Below, one piece after another: positions 1 to 8,925 of a DNA stretch of 32,000 nucleotides. The notes under the pieces are model-generated. The model was not told the DNA's origin and made no database searches. It worked only from the letters and a program-made list of their open reading frames with translations. Position 1 is the first letter of the stretch, and every line of letters starts with the position of its first letter. Both the position numbers and the translations under genes were made by a program. Source of the stretch: Candidatus Hermodarchaeota archaeon (lineage in GTDB: Archaea > Asgardarchaeota > Heimdallarchaeia > Hodarchaeales > Hodarchaeaceae); contig JBHLKY010000009.1 of assembly GCA_048886185.1 (NCBI GenBank), positions 60,001 to 92,000 on the forward strand. The letters run 5' to 3'.

Positions 1-807
1 GCCTGTACAGTGATCATCTGTAACAAAAGTTGCTCCTAAATCTTCAACCATTGATATAAATTCAGTATCATCATCTTCAGAACCCAAAATCATCAATCTC
101 TCACCTGGAGCCTTAATATTTCTTGAAGGAAGCTCTTGAAGCAGTAATTCCAGAGCTCGATTGTGTTCCTTTTTATCAGTCATTTGACTCGAAACAACCA
201 TATACATTGCTTCAAGGCCTGTCAGAGGTGGATTTGCACCCTTTCTAAGATCATAAACTTGCTGTATAAGCCGTCTGTTTGTGTTCATGAGCTCGATTCC
301 TCGTTTAAGATCATCATCAGTAATGGGTCGGCCTATCCATTTTTCTACGGAAGCCTTGAATTGAACTAGTTCCTCTCGTAAATAGGGGATAGCACGAGGA
401 CTTTGAACATGCATTGGATGGGGTAAATAATAGCTATAATCGGTCGGGATATGAATATCCCAGCTAGTGAATGCTTGTCTGATATGAAGGCAGCTCTGAG
501 CGATCATTATCCCATCAAGATAATCAAAACGTCCTTTTAAACCCTGTGCTAAGCAGTCACGACAAAAAGGGCAAAACATAGCAAAAATATGTGGTTCAGT
601 AACATCTTGCGGTTCATGACTCCCTAGAATGCGAACAGGAAGGATATCTGCAGCATATAATATTTCTTCAGGGACATAGGTACAAAAGTACCCCATTACT
701 TTACCTCCAGTACGCTTTTTCCATGTCATTGCGTAGTCATGTCGGTTCTTGTACCAATCCTTAAATTGGTCAAACAGGCCTGATTTTTCTTTTTGTACAA
801 GTTCCAT
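1..807 (-). CDS. bzdN: Benzoyl-CoA reductase, bzd (Azoarcus)-type, subunit N (BcrC/2-hydroxyacyl-CoA dehydratase-like); 3' end runs off the window start
   Basis: Manual translation of the minus strand from ATG 807 (AGGTG RBS upstream) is open to base 1: MELVQKEKSGLFDQFKDWYKNRHDYAMTWKKRTGGKVMGYFCTYVPEEILYAADILPVRILGSHEPQDVTEPHIFAMFCPFCRDCLAQGLKGRFDYLDGIMIAQSCLHIRQAFTSWDIH...LMILGSEDDDTEFISMVEDLGATFVTDDHCTG. The FCTYVPEE, CPFCRDCLAQGL and SCLHIRQ motifs match BzdN as I know it. Not in the ORF track because the stop is outside the window. Confidence 0.9.
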   Translation of the reverse strand, partial: MELVQKEKSGLFDQFKDWYKNRHDYAMTWKKRTGGKVMGYFCTYVPEEILYAADILPVRILGSHEPQDVTEPHIFAMFCPFCRDCLAQGLKGRFDYLDGIMIAQSCLHIRQAFTSWDIHIPTDYSYYLPHPMHVQSPRAIPYLREELVQFKASVEKWIGRPITDDDLKRGIELMNTNRRLIQQVYDLRKGANPPLTGLEAMYMVVSSQMTDKKEHNRALELLLQELPSRNIKAPGERLMILGSEDDDTEFISMVEDLGATFVTDDHCTG

Positions 808-837
808 CAATTTGAACACCTTTCAATGTTTGATTCT

Positions 838-1293
838 TTACAACTCCTTCATTAGAGTGATAAATCCACTTTTTTTCATTCCCAAAGTCTTGAAGAACTC
901 GAGAAGATCACTAGAAGTCCAATCAACAGTTGTATAAACAATATTGATTCCACGGGATTTGAAGTCCTTAAGGAGTCTTTCTCCGAGTTTTTTTCCAACC
1001 CCTTTTGCTGTATGTGAGGGATCCACACCTAACATTTCGATCCACCCTCCGTTCTCGACACCAAATAGCCAAGGATGGATGGTTGCCATCATAAATCCTA
1101 CAACATTACCCCCAATTTCAGCAATTAGATTAATACTTTCAGGTCGACTAAGATAATGTTGAACTTGTGATTTCCACATAATTGGACGGTGAGTACGAGT
1201 GATTTTCTCATCAATAGCTACAACTGAAGAAATATCGTTTTCTACCATTTTCCTAACAAAGATATTATCTTCAGTTATGTTCATTGTAAACAT
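838..1293 (-). CDS. GNAT-family N-acetyltransferase
   Basis: 151 aa with GNAT pattern: VRKMVENDISSVVAID, LIAEIGGNVVGFM, WIEMLGVDPSHTAKGVGKKL (motif A), LLEFFKTLGM (motif B). Confidence 0.88.
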   Translation of the reverse strand: MFTMNITEDNIFVRKMVENDISSVVAIDEKITRTHRPIMWKSQVQHYLSRPESINLIAEIGGNVVGFMMATIHPWLFGVENGGWIEMLGVDPSHTAKGVGKKLGERLLKDFKSRGINIVYTTVDWTSSDLLEFFKTLGMKKSGFITLMKEL

Positions 1294-1305
1294 CTCTTGA
1301 CTTTT

Positions 1306-1533
1306 TCATTTTTTTTCCTTGTTTTGGTCATTCCTTTTCTTCTTGGAAACACGTATTATCTTAACACGAGAACCTATCCAATCCCTTGGTAAATACACAC
1401 GCCCAGTATTACCACTTTGTCTCACTTCCCGATCAAGCATTTCAAAGCCGAAAACCTTGAACTCAGAAGGCTGATCCTCAACTTTAAGCTCAGATGAGTG
1501 GTCTTCACTGGATTCGCTCAAAAGAAACACCAA
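1306..1533 (-). CDS. DUF2080-family small protein (AbrB-like swapped hairpin)
   Basis: Core FKVFGFEMLDREVRQSGNTGRVYLPRDWIGSRVKIIRV matches the DUF2080 pattern (SGNxGRVYLPxxWxGxxVKIIR). 12 nt upstream of the GNAT start. Exact start uncertain. Confidence 0.8.
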   Translation of the reverse strand: MVFLLSESSEDHSSELKVEDQPSEFKVFGFEMLDREVRQSGNTGRVYLPRDWIGSRVKIIRVSKKKRNDQNKEKK

Positions 1534-1962
1534 ATATTAGCCCAAGATTGATAATTTTTGCGAACACTTGGGAAAAAACTGTTAAAGCTTCTAATCTGTA
1601 ATTCAAAGAATAATTAAAAAGATTTTGTTATACTAAGTTATGTTATAATTACAATGGATTATAATTGGATTATGAATCAGCCACTTTATTAAAAAGGATG
1701 GTATAACTGAGTCTCTCTGGAATCATAAAAACAGATCCCTATTCACTGTAAGTGGCTATTTATATTAAATTCAGTCTGTGTGGCTTTGTAGTGAGTATCT
1801 AAAAGAAAGAAGTTGGATTTACTAGGAAATCGCCTTTGTATCTTCGATTAGACTGTCAAAGACTCTCATCAAAGTTGAAAGAGATGATATTGGACTCAAG
1901 AAAGTTTCCTCATTTTGAGCAATTCTTATATTTTTAAGACAAAAAGGAAAGCTTCGAGACTT

Positions 1963-2244
1963 ATGGTTGGAAAATTAAAGATACTTTTTCATGCAACCTT
2001 TAGAGAAGTTGCTGGAAAAAGAGAAATTGAAGAAAAACTTAACAAAAAGACTACTGTGTATGATGTCATCGATAATTTAGCTAAAAAATATGGAAAGGAT
2101 TTCAATGACATAATCGATCCAGAAACAAATAAAATTTCTACTGAAGTTTTAGTCCTGCTTAATGGGCGAGGTATTAGAACGACAGATTTAATACTTAAAG
2201 ATCAAGATGTTTTAATAATTACGCTTCCTCTTGGCGGTGGTTAA
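1963..2244 (+). CDS. moaD: MoaD/ThiS/SAMP-type ubiquitin-like sulfur carrier
   Basis: LKILFHATFREVAG N-terminus, VLVLLNGR and C-terminal LPLGGG. ATG 1963 preferred over the track start at 1915. Confidence 0.88.
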   Translation: MVGKLKILFHATFREVAGKREIEEKLNKKTTVYDVIDNLAKKYGKDFNDIIDPETNKISTEVLVLLNGRGIRTTDLILKDQDVLIITLPLGGG

Positions 2245-2264
2245 GAGAGAAAGGTGATTATATT

Positions 2265-2408
2265 TTGAATGAAGTTAGATGTTTAAACTGTTTGAAACAC
2301 TTTGAGGTTCAATTAATGGCTGAAGAGGCTGCTTGTCCCAACTGTAAGACTCGGTATCGGATTTCTTGGCCCAGACCAGATCAACCTAAGATTCGTGGGT
2401 CAGTCTAG
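2265..2408 (+). CDS. 47-aa zinc-ribbon/rubredoxin-like microprotein (not in ORF track)
   Basis: AGGTGA RBS (2252-2257), TTG start: MNEVRCLNCLKHFEVQLMAEEAACPNCKTRYRISWPRPDQPKIRGSV*. Two CxxC pairs, and it fills the gap between moaD and the AOR gene. Confidence 0.8.
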   Translation: MNEVRCLNCLKHFEVQLMAEEAACPNCKTRYRISWPRPDQPKIRGSV

Positions 2409-2430
2409 TTAAACGCTTGAGGCGAAATAG

Positions 2431-4332
2431 ATGGTTTGGAAAAAGAAAGTAGCTTTTATAGATTTATCAACAGGAAAAATAACTGAGAAAATAATTCCTA
2501 AATCATTCAGGAAGCAATATCTAGGTGGCCGAGGGATAAATGCACACTATATGTACAATCGAATACCACCTGGAATTGATCCATTAGGACCACAAAATGC
2601 TTTACTTATTGGTACTGGGTTACTTACAGGAATTCCCGCTCTTGGCGCTGGTAGATGTGATATTGCAGCAAAATCCCCATTGACAGGAGCAGTTGGAGAC
2701 TCTAATATAGGGGGATTTTTCGCGCCTGAAATGAGATTGGCTGGTTTTGATCATTTAGTTATAACCGGGAAGGCAGAAAAACCTGTTTACCTCTGGATTC
2801 ATGATGGAGAGATAGAAATCTCCAATGCAAGCCATCTTTGGGGAAGTGACACATTTAAAACACAAGATCAGATCCGTTCCGATCATAATGATGAAGAAAT
2901 CAAGAGTCTAGTAATTGGTATAGCAGGTGAAAAGCTTGTACGTTATGCTAACGTAAGAACTGGCATGAAAAACTCTGCTGGGCGGACTGGAATGGGCTGT
3001 GTCATGGGTTCCAAGAATTTAAAAGCTGTTGCAGCTCGTGGAACAATGGATATTGAATTCTCATATCCCGAGGAATTATTAGATTATTGTGCTGCAATGA
3101 ATGAGATGATTACGAATTCTCGATGGGCAAGGGCACAATCAAAATGGGGTACACTTATTATTTATAGTAATACAAATACAACAGGATTGATCCGTACACG
3201 AAACTTCCAAAAGAATCTGTTAGAGGATGGGGAAGATCTAGAACCCGAAAATATGGACCGATATACGATTGGTATGTCTGGGTGTTATGGTTGTAGTGTT
3301 CATTGTCGCCACCGATATGTGTTGGAAGATGGGCCTCATGCTCATTTTGGAGAAGGACCTGAATATACCTCTTTAGGTGCTTTCGGAACAATGGTTGATT
3401 GTAAAAAAATGGAAACAGTCTTGGCTGCAAATCACCTAGTAAATAAGTATGGGATAGATACACTTGAAGTTGGGGGGATCATTGCATGGGCCATGGAGCT
3501 CTGGGAAAAAGGGATCCTAACTGAAAAAATAACCGATGGGTTGACACTCGAGTGGGGAAATGAAGACATTCTTTTTGAGCTTATTCGCAAAATATCCTAT
3601 AGAGAGGGCCTAGGGAACATCCTTGCCGATGGATTCAAACCAGCTATCGCGAAGATTGGTAAAAACTCAAAATATTACGCTATGCAGATAAAAGGTATGA
3701 GTAATCTACACTCTGATGAACGTCCGACACCTAGCTTGGCTTTGAACATCGCTACTGCGACACGGGGTGCAGATCACCTAAGAAGTAGACCAGCTATTGA
3801 CCTTTATGGATTACCTGAAAATCTCTTAGAGGAGATATATGGTGCACCTGTTTCATCTGATTACACTTCATATGAAGGTAAAAGTCGCATGGTTTGGTGG
3901 CAAGAACTTTTATATGCTGTGACTGATTCAATTGGGACATGTAAATTTCAAACGGTCTTCTGTGCCGTTCACGCACCCAAATGGGATGAATTTTCCAAAC
4001 TCATATATCTAACTTCAGGGTTAAACATAGCTAAATCGCAACTTATGGAAATTGGGGAGAGAATTACAACAACTGAACGCTTATTTAACATTCGTGAAGG
4101 ATTCTCCAGAAAGGATGATAACCTTCCAGAACGCTTCTTTAAGGAACCAACACCTATTGGATTTCCTATTGCAAAAAACAAGAAAATTAATAGAGACAAA
4201 TTCAATACAATGTTGGACGAATACTATGCCCTTCATGAATGGGACATAGATGGAGTTCCAACCAAAGAGACCGTTCAGAAACTTGGATTGAAGAATAAGG
4301 ATTCTTTTAAACTAAAGAACGGAGAACTATAA
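2431..4332 (+). CDS. aor: Aldehyde:ferredoxin oxidoreductase family (tungstopterin) catalytic subunit
   Basis: YLGGRG, KSPLTG, GRTGMGCVMGSKNLKAVAARG, CYGCSVHC (Fe-S), GPEY, RGADH, GTCKF, ERLFNIREG...DDNLPERFF, LDEYYALHEWDIDGVP. Confidence 0.93.
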   Translation: MVWKKKVAFIDLSTGKITEKIIPKSFRKQYLGGRGINAHYMYNRIPPGIDPLGPQNALLIGTGLLTGIPALGAGRCDIAAKSPLTGAVGDSNIGGFFAPEMRLAGFDHLVITGKAEKPVYLWIHDGEIEISNASHLWGSDTFKTQDQIRSDHNDEEIKSLVIGIAGEKLVRYANVRTGMKNSAGRTGMGCVMGSKNLKAVAARGTMDIEFSYPEELLDYCAAMNEMITNSRWARAQSKWGTLIIYSNTNTTGLIRTRNFQKNLLEDGEDLEPENMDRYTIGMSGCYGCSVHCRHRYVLEDGPHAHFGEGPEYTSLGAFGTMVDCKKMETVLAANHLVNKYGIDTLEVGGIIAWAMELWEKGILTEKITDGLTLEWGNEDILFELIRKISYREGLGNILADGFKPAIAKIGKNSKYYAMQIKGMSNLHSDERPTPSLALNIATATRGADHLRSRPAIDLYGLPENLLEEIYGAPVSSDYTSYEGKSRMVWWQELLYAVTDSIGTCKFQTVFCAVHAPKWDEFSKLIYLTSGLNIAKSQLMEIGERITTTERLFNIREGFSRKDDNLPERFFKEPTPIGFPIAKNKKINRDKFNTMLDEYYALHEWDIDGVPTKETVQKLGLKNKDSFKLKNGEL

Positions 4333-4333
4333 A

Positions 4334-4816
4334 ATGCTGAAGATATTATTTGTTGATCCAGAAAAATGTACAGGATGCAAAATCTGTGAAAGTGTGTGTT
4401 CCATTCATCAGGAAAAGGTTCTTAATCCCGTTCGAGCTAGAATCCATGTTATAAAATGGGATAACTCCGGTATATACATTCCTATGATTTGTCAGCAATG
4501 TGAGACACCAATTTGTGAATCGGTGTGTCCTATGCGTGCCATACATAGAGATGAGAATAAGGCTCTCATTATTGATTATAATGCATGTGTTGGGTGTAAA
4601 TTATGTGTTACCTTTTGTCCTTTTGGTGGCGTAGGAATAGACAATAAAGGCAAAGTTATCAAGTGTGATCTATGTAATGGTGAACCTCAGTGTGTCAAGA
4701 GGTGTGAACCTAATGCATTACAGTATATTGAAGCAACTTCAATCAATATAAGAAAAAGAAGAGCTGCTGCTGAAAAATTCTCCGAATTATTTAAGAAAAT
4801 ATTGATAGCCACGTAA
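4334..4816 (+). CDS. 4x[4Fe-4S] polyferredoxin electron-transfer subunit (AorA/DmsB/CooF-like)
   Basis: CTGCKICESVC, CQQCETPICESVCP, CVGCKLCVTFCPFG, KCDLCNGEPQCVKRC. Starts 1 nt after the AOR stop. Confidence 0.92.
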   Translation: MLKILFVDPEKCTGCKICESVCSIHQEKVLNPVRARIHVIKWDNSGIYIPMICQQCETPICESVCPMRAIHRDENKALIIDYNACVGCKLCVTFCPFGGVGIDNKGKVIKCDLCNGEPQCVKRCEPNALQYIEATSINIRKRRAAAEKFSELFKKILIAT

Positions 4817-4930
4817 TTTCTTTTATTTTTAAAATTCGTTAATAGAACCAAATAAGAAATAATGAAACAAGTCTATCTAGCTAGATATGGAAAATTTTTA
4901 ATAATTAAGAATTCAGAAGAGAGGATTCTT

Positions 4931-5323
4931 ATGAACAATAAATTAAAACCTCAAATTCGTATGAAAATTAACTCATGTCACTGGGACATTATTCTTAATG
5001 GTTCTAGTCCGAAAACTGGGTCTCAAATTCTTAATCTCTTACCAATTGAAAGTGAAGTGAGAACATGGGGAGAGGAAATATACTTTTCAATCCCTTTAAA
5101 TATGCCAGAAGAAAATTCAAAGAGTACTGTGGCGTTACGTGATGTTGCATATTGGCCAGAAGGGCAATGTTTCTGTGTGTTCTTTGGAAAGACCCCCTTA
5201 ACTTCTACATTAGATGAAATAAAACCTGCGTCACCTGTTAATGTATTTGGAAAGATTTTAGGAGATTTAGAGAGTTTAAAGTTTATTAAATCTGGTTTTA
5301 AGGTTTTTTTGGAACAGATATGA
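4931..5323 (+). CDS. Cyclophilin-like fold protein (DUF369/TM1367-like)
   Basis: TWGEEIYFSIP, DVAYWPEG..FCVFFGKTP, ASPVNVFGKI. ATG 4931 after GAGGA preferred over 4862. Confidence 0.85.
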   Translation: MNNKLKPQIRMKINSCHWDIILNGSSPKTGSQILNLLPIESEVRTWGEEIYFSIPLNMPEENSKSTVALRDVAYWPEGQCFCVFFGKTPLTSTLDEIKPASPVNVFGKILGDLESLKFIKSGFKVFLEQI

Positions 5324-5465
5324 CGATAAAATAAGTTAATACAAGCTTAATCATTATTTGAAGGTACTTTTAACACATGAGAGCTTAAAGATATTTCATT
5401 CGAAAGGAAATTAAAATTTCTGATTATTTATTGAATTTCATAACAGAACGTAATTTGGGATTAAA

Positions 5466-5945
5466 ATGATTAAACAGAAGAAATTTGACGATATTCTAAC
5501 GAGAGCATATAAAAGGATGCACCGATATACTTGTGCAGAAGCCTCACTTCAAGCATTACTAGAATTATGGGATTTGCCTATCGATTCATATTCTTGGGCA
5601 ACTGCGGGCTATTTAGGGGCAATTGGATCAGGAAATACTACATGTGGACTTTTGATTGGAAGTAGTATTGCAATTGGTTTTCAATGCGGACAAGAGATGC
5701 AAGGAGTACCAGAAGAAAATGAGGATGCACGAGAAAAAGCCATTCAGACGATTAATGAGGTGTACAGCGAATTTTTAGAAAAATTTGGGAGTACGGACTG
5801 TAAAACGATTAACAAGGTCGACTTTCGAAATGGAGAAGAGATATCGAAGTGGATGACGCAAAAAGGATGGAAACAAACCTGTGATCTTTTTTTGAATTTT
5901 ACAATGAGAAAATGTCTATCAATGATGGAAGATGGAAAATTATAA
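5466..5945 (+). CDS. C_GCAxxG_C_C family putative redox protein
   Basis: TCAEA, GAIGSGNTTCGLLIG, FGSTDCKTI, QTCDLF. Confidence 0.85.
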   Translation: MIKQKKFDDILTRAYKRMHRYTCAEASLQALLELWDLPIDSYSWATAGYLGAIGSGNTTCGLLIGSSIAIGFQCGQEMQGVPEENEDAREKAIQTINEVYSEFLEKFGSTDCKTINKVDFRNGEEISKWMTQKGWKQTCDLFLNFTMRKCLSMMEDGKL

Positions 5946-6167
5946 ATTGTTACTTTGATGTTTATTTATACTTGACAATAATTTGTGATTTACTGCTTAT
6001 ACTAATTTATTTGTAATAAGTGTCAAGATAATAAGTAAATATGTAAAAAGATATACATGTTCTTCAAAACTCATTAAATTTACATCTTCTTTCTAAAGAT
6101 ATTTAACTAAATTCTCCAAAATGTAATCTCTATAAGAATTGATTTTATTTTTGAATTATATCTGATT

Positions 6168-7526
6168 TTGGTTGATAAAAATATGGTTGCAATTTTAGAG
6201 CTGTTGATTGCTTCTTTTTTCGTGCTTACTCTCTTGCTAATTATTTTTGAGAGAACCCATAAAACATTAGCAGCAATGCTTGGAGCAGGCCTTTCTCTTC
6301 TAGTAGCAATAACTCCTGGGAGTGCTTCTGAAGGTGAGGCTTTGATTCCTGATGTTGAACATTTACTTGAACTTGTTGAGATCGATCTCATTCTTGTCAT
6401 AATTGGAATTACCCTAATGGTGGGAGTGGCTCGTACAACAGGAATTTTTGATTATATTACTATTGTTTTGTTAAAGAAAAGCGGAGATAACCAATATAAA
6501 CTATTAATTGCTTTCTCAATTCTTACTATGTTATTTTCCGCTTTTCTTGACGCTTATATGGCAATTCTACTAATGGGTTCAATAACAATTGTAGGTTGCG
6601 ATGCTTTAGATATTAATCCTAAACCATTCATCCTTGCAGAGGCAATTTTCAGTAATCTAGGGGGTACAATGACCCGTATTGCCTCTCCTCCAAACCTAAT
6701 AATTGGAGGGCATTTTGATATTGATTTCATAACCTTTCTATCATTAACTGCTCCGTTTGTGCTTATTTCAGCTGTTTTCACAATCATTATTTGGAGTATT
6801 CTCTTCCGGAAGGACCTGTCACAAGGAATATCGAAACTAAGCTATAACGAGGTTTTACTAATTGATGAAAGAGCTGTGATCCAAGATCCAAGAGGATTTA
6901 AAATTGCCACATTGATAATGTCTTTAACAATTATTGGCTTTGCCATCACTTCATTTCTTCCTTTTAAGCTTGAATTAGGGTACGTTGCAATGGCTGGTGG
7001 TTTCCTTATGGTTGGTTTCGTTAGTCATGATGTTGAGAAATCACTTGAAAAGGTTGAATGGCCTGTAGTTTTCTTCTTAATTGGGCTTCTAATAATCGTT
7101 GGTATTGCAGAAAAAGCCCAATTATTAGATTTATTGATACTTCCTGTTGAGGCTTTATTTAAAGTTGATTTTCTGTTTGGAGTTTTTTCTCTTCAATGGA
7201 TAACTGCAATTACATCTTCTATATTGGATAACGTTCCAGTCGCTTCTATAATGACTGCTATCATGGATTCACTCGTAGAGCATTATCCAACATCCAGCTT
7301 TAATAGCCTTTTAGTAGCAGTGGTGATAGGTACAAATCTCGGAGGAAATATTACACCAATCGGTTCTGCCTCTTCTGTTCAGGCAATTACAATACTCAAA
7401 AGATCTGATAATCTAGAGGCAAAAACTACGTTCATTGAATTCATGAAGTTCGGAACTATAGTAACATTAGCACATTTAATAGTTGGAACGTTTTATATTT
7501 TATTCTTATGGGTGTTTGGAATTTAA
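6168..7526 (+). CDS. ArsB/NhaD (ion transporter superfamily) permease
   Basis: About 11-12 hydrophobic segments; SNLGGTMTRIASPPNLII, SSILDNVP, GTNLGGNITPIGSAS motifs. Confidence 0.88.
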   Translation: MVDKNMVAILELLIASFFVLTLLLIIFERTHKTLAAMLGAGLSLLVAITPGSASEGEALIPDVEHLLELVEIDLILVIIGITLMVGVARTTGIFDYITIVLLKKSGDNQYKLLIAFSILTMLFSAFLDAYMAILLMGSITIVGCDALDINPKPFILAEAIFSNLGGTMTRIASPPNLIIGGHFDIDFITFLSLTAPFVLISAVFTIIIWSILFRKDLSQGISKLSYNEVLLIDERAVIQDPRGFKIATLIMSLTIIGFAITSFLPFKLELGYVAMAGGFLMVGFVSHDVEKSLEKVEWPVVFFLIGLLIIVGIAEKAQLLDLLILPVEALFKVDFLFGVFSLQWITAITSSILDNVPVASIMTAIMDSLVEHYPTSSFNSLLVAVVIGTNLGGNITPIGSASSVQAITILKRSDNLEAKTTFIEFMKFGTIVTLAHLIVGTFYILFLWVFGI

Positions 7527-7548
7527 AATTATGTCTTGGTGAAATTAG

Positions 7549-8454
7549 ATGGTAGATCTTGATAATGCATTGAATAGATTTCGTCAGATATTTGATCAAT
7601 CTAAAATTCTTGAGAGTCCTGACTTGAAGAATATATTAATTGTACTTGATGAAACAAAAGATCGTGAAAAATTCATTTTTCACTTGATAAAACAGTTCCA
7701 TGAACGATGGGGCATTAAGGTAACCTTTACTTTTCTTTTGGCGGTAAGAGGTTATCTTGATCAAGCAAAAGAAGCTAACATTGAGCTTGAAACTCTTCCA
7801 GATTTAATTGAAAAAGTGAAAGAGGAATTTCAAGGTGAAGATGAGCTTTTTAGCGTTGCTTTTTTTACAGATGAAGAAAAATCTCCTTTTTATCGCATTG
7901 AGGAGGTGTTGAATCAACGAAAAATTGATTTTATTATTATTCCCGTCCCTTTTACTTTATTTGCTTTGGAGGAAAAACAATCCAATATTAGCTTAGGAAC
8001 TACAATTGATAATGTGGTGAATAAATGTTTAATGGAGAATTCTATCCCAATATGTTTAATTCGTCAATCCCAAAAAATCCCCTTTGAGAACATTAAGGTA
8101 CTTGTTAGAGAACCAATGTTTAGGAAAGATTTCTTAGGATGGCTATTTGCCCTCATAGCAGGAGATGCAAAAGTCACTTTATACCTTTCAGAATTATCTG
8201 AAAAGAAAATTGAGAGAATTAAAACCTACATGGAAATTATTGAAGAAAAACTAAAAAACATCACTGAAGAAATCAGTATTGAATTTATGGATGGCCAATT
8301 TAATTTAATGGAATTCTGTAATTTAATGTCAAAAGAATCTGATGCATTAATTGTGTTTCAAGCAATGAGAACTATTGAGAATGATGCTCAAAGAATCATT
8401 CTTTCTTTATGTAATCAAACATCAAATGTATTAATTTTTCCTCCATTAGATTAG
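7549..8454 (+). CDS. Hypothetical protein, probably tandem universal-stress-protein (USP)-like domains
   Basis: NILIVLDE, IDFIIIP, SLGTTIDNVV...IPICLIR resemble USP strand/helix order. GGTGA RBS, 22 nt after the permease. Confidence 0.55.
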   Translation: MVDLDNALNRFRQIFDQSKILESPDLKNILIVLDETKDREKFIFHLIKQFHERWGIKVTFTFLLAVRGYLDQAKEANIELETLPDLIEKVKEEFQGEDELFSVAFFTDEEKSPFYRIEEVLNQRKIDFIIIPVPFTLFALEEKQSNISLGTTIDNVVNKCLMENSIPICLIRQSQKIPFENIKVLVREPMFRKDFLGWLFALIAGDAKVTLYLSELSEKKIERIKTYMEIIEEKLKNITEEISIEFMDGQFNLMEFCNLMSKESDALIVFQAMRTIENDAQRIILSLCNQTSNVLIFPPLD

Positions 8455-8925
8455 ATTATACTAGAATTATTATTGTAATTCCTTGCATTTAAAGTAAAAC
8501 AAGCTTCAATAGTTAGGAATCTTCGAGAAAATTTACAGGATTAACCCATTTTTTGAATTAGATAAGATAACAGGAAAATTCATTATTAGAGATCGTCTTG
8601 ATTAAAATTTTGTTTAGTTTTATTGGTTCTTTCTTGCTTTTAGGGAACATCTTCCACGATATGATGTTTGAGGAGAGTAGCATTGCATTATCAGCTGAAC
8701 ATAAGTTGTTTTGGAACAGATTCTGGCCGTCTTACAATACGTCATGATGTCTTGCAAAGGTAAGAGGAAATTTTGTAGGATCGTATGTCAATAAAAATAA
8801 TTTCGAATAAGGATCAATTGGAAAATTTAGGAAATAATGCGAAGAGATTATTGTTACCAAACTGAATTGCTGTTAATCTGTTTAATTTCATGTTGATCCT
8901 GAATAACAAGAATTTTCAAGGAGAA

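Noticed and set aside
1306-1533. DUF2080 gene as evidence of a transposon
   Set aside because: No transposase, terminal inverted repeats or target duplication seen; the gene is tightly coupled to GNAT-bzdN.
1626-1673. Repeated TGTTATA/TTATAATT/GGATTAT elements in the divergent promoter region
   Set aside because: Short and AT-only in an AT-rich spacer; explained equally well by TATA-like sequence or chance.
2265-2408. Zn-ribbon microprotein as a LysW amino-group carrier
   Set aside because: It lacks the C-terminal EDWGE motif and the acidic composition of LysW.
2431-4332. AOR-family gene as BamB (class II tungsten benzoyl-CoA reductase)
   Set aside because: It has the ordinary AOR GPEY and RGADH motifs rather than the BamB-type active-site region as I recall it, no bamDEFGHI genes are present, and a class I subunit is encoded nearby.
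5971-6027. CTTGACA...TGTCAAG inverted repeat
   Set aside because: Only 7 bp with a 43-nt unpaired spacer; not distinguishable from chance.
8455-8925. 470-nt gap between convergent genes as a pseudogene, IS relic or ncRNA
   Set aside because: Frames I translated gave only short unrecognisable peptides (e.g. 28 aa), and I saw no terminal repeats or strong structure.
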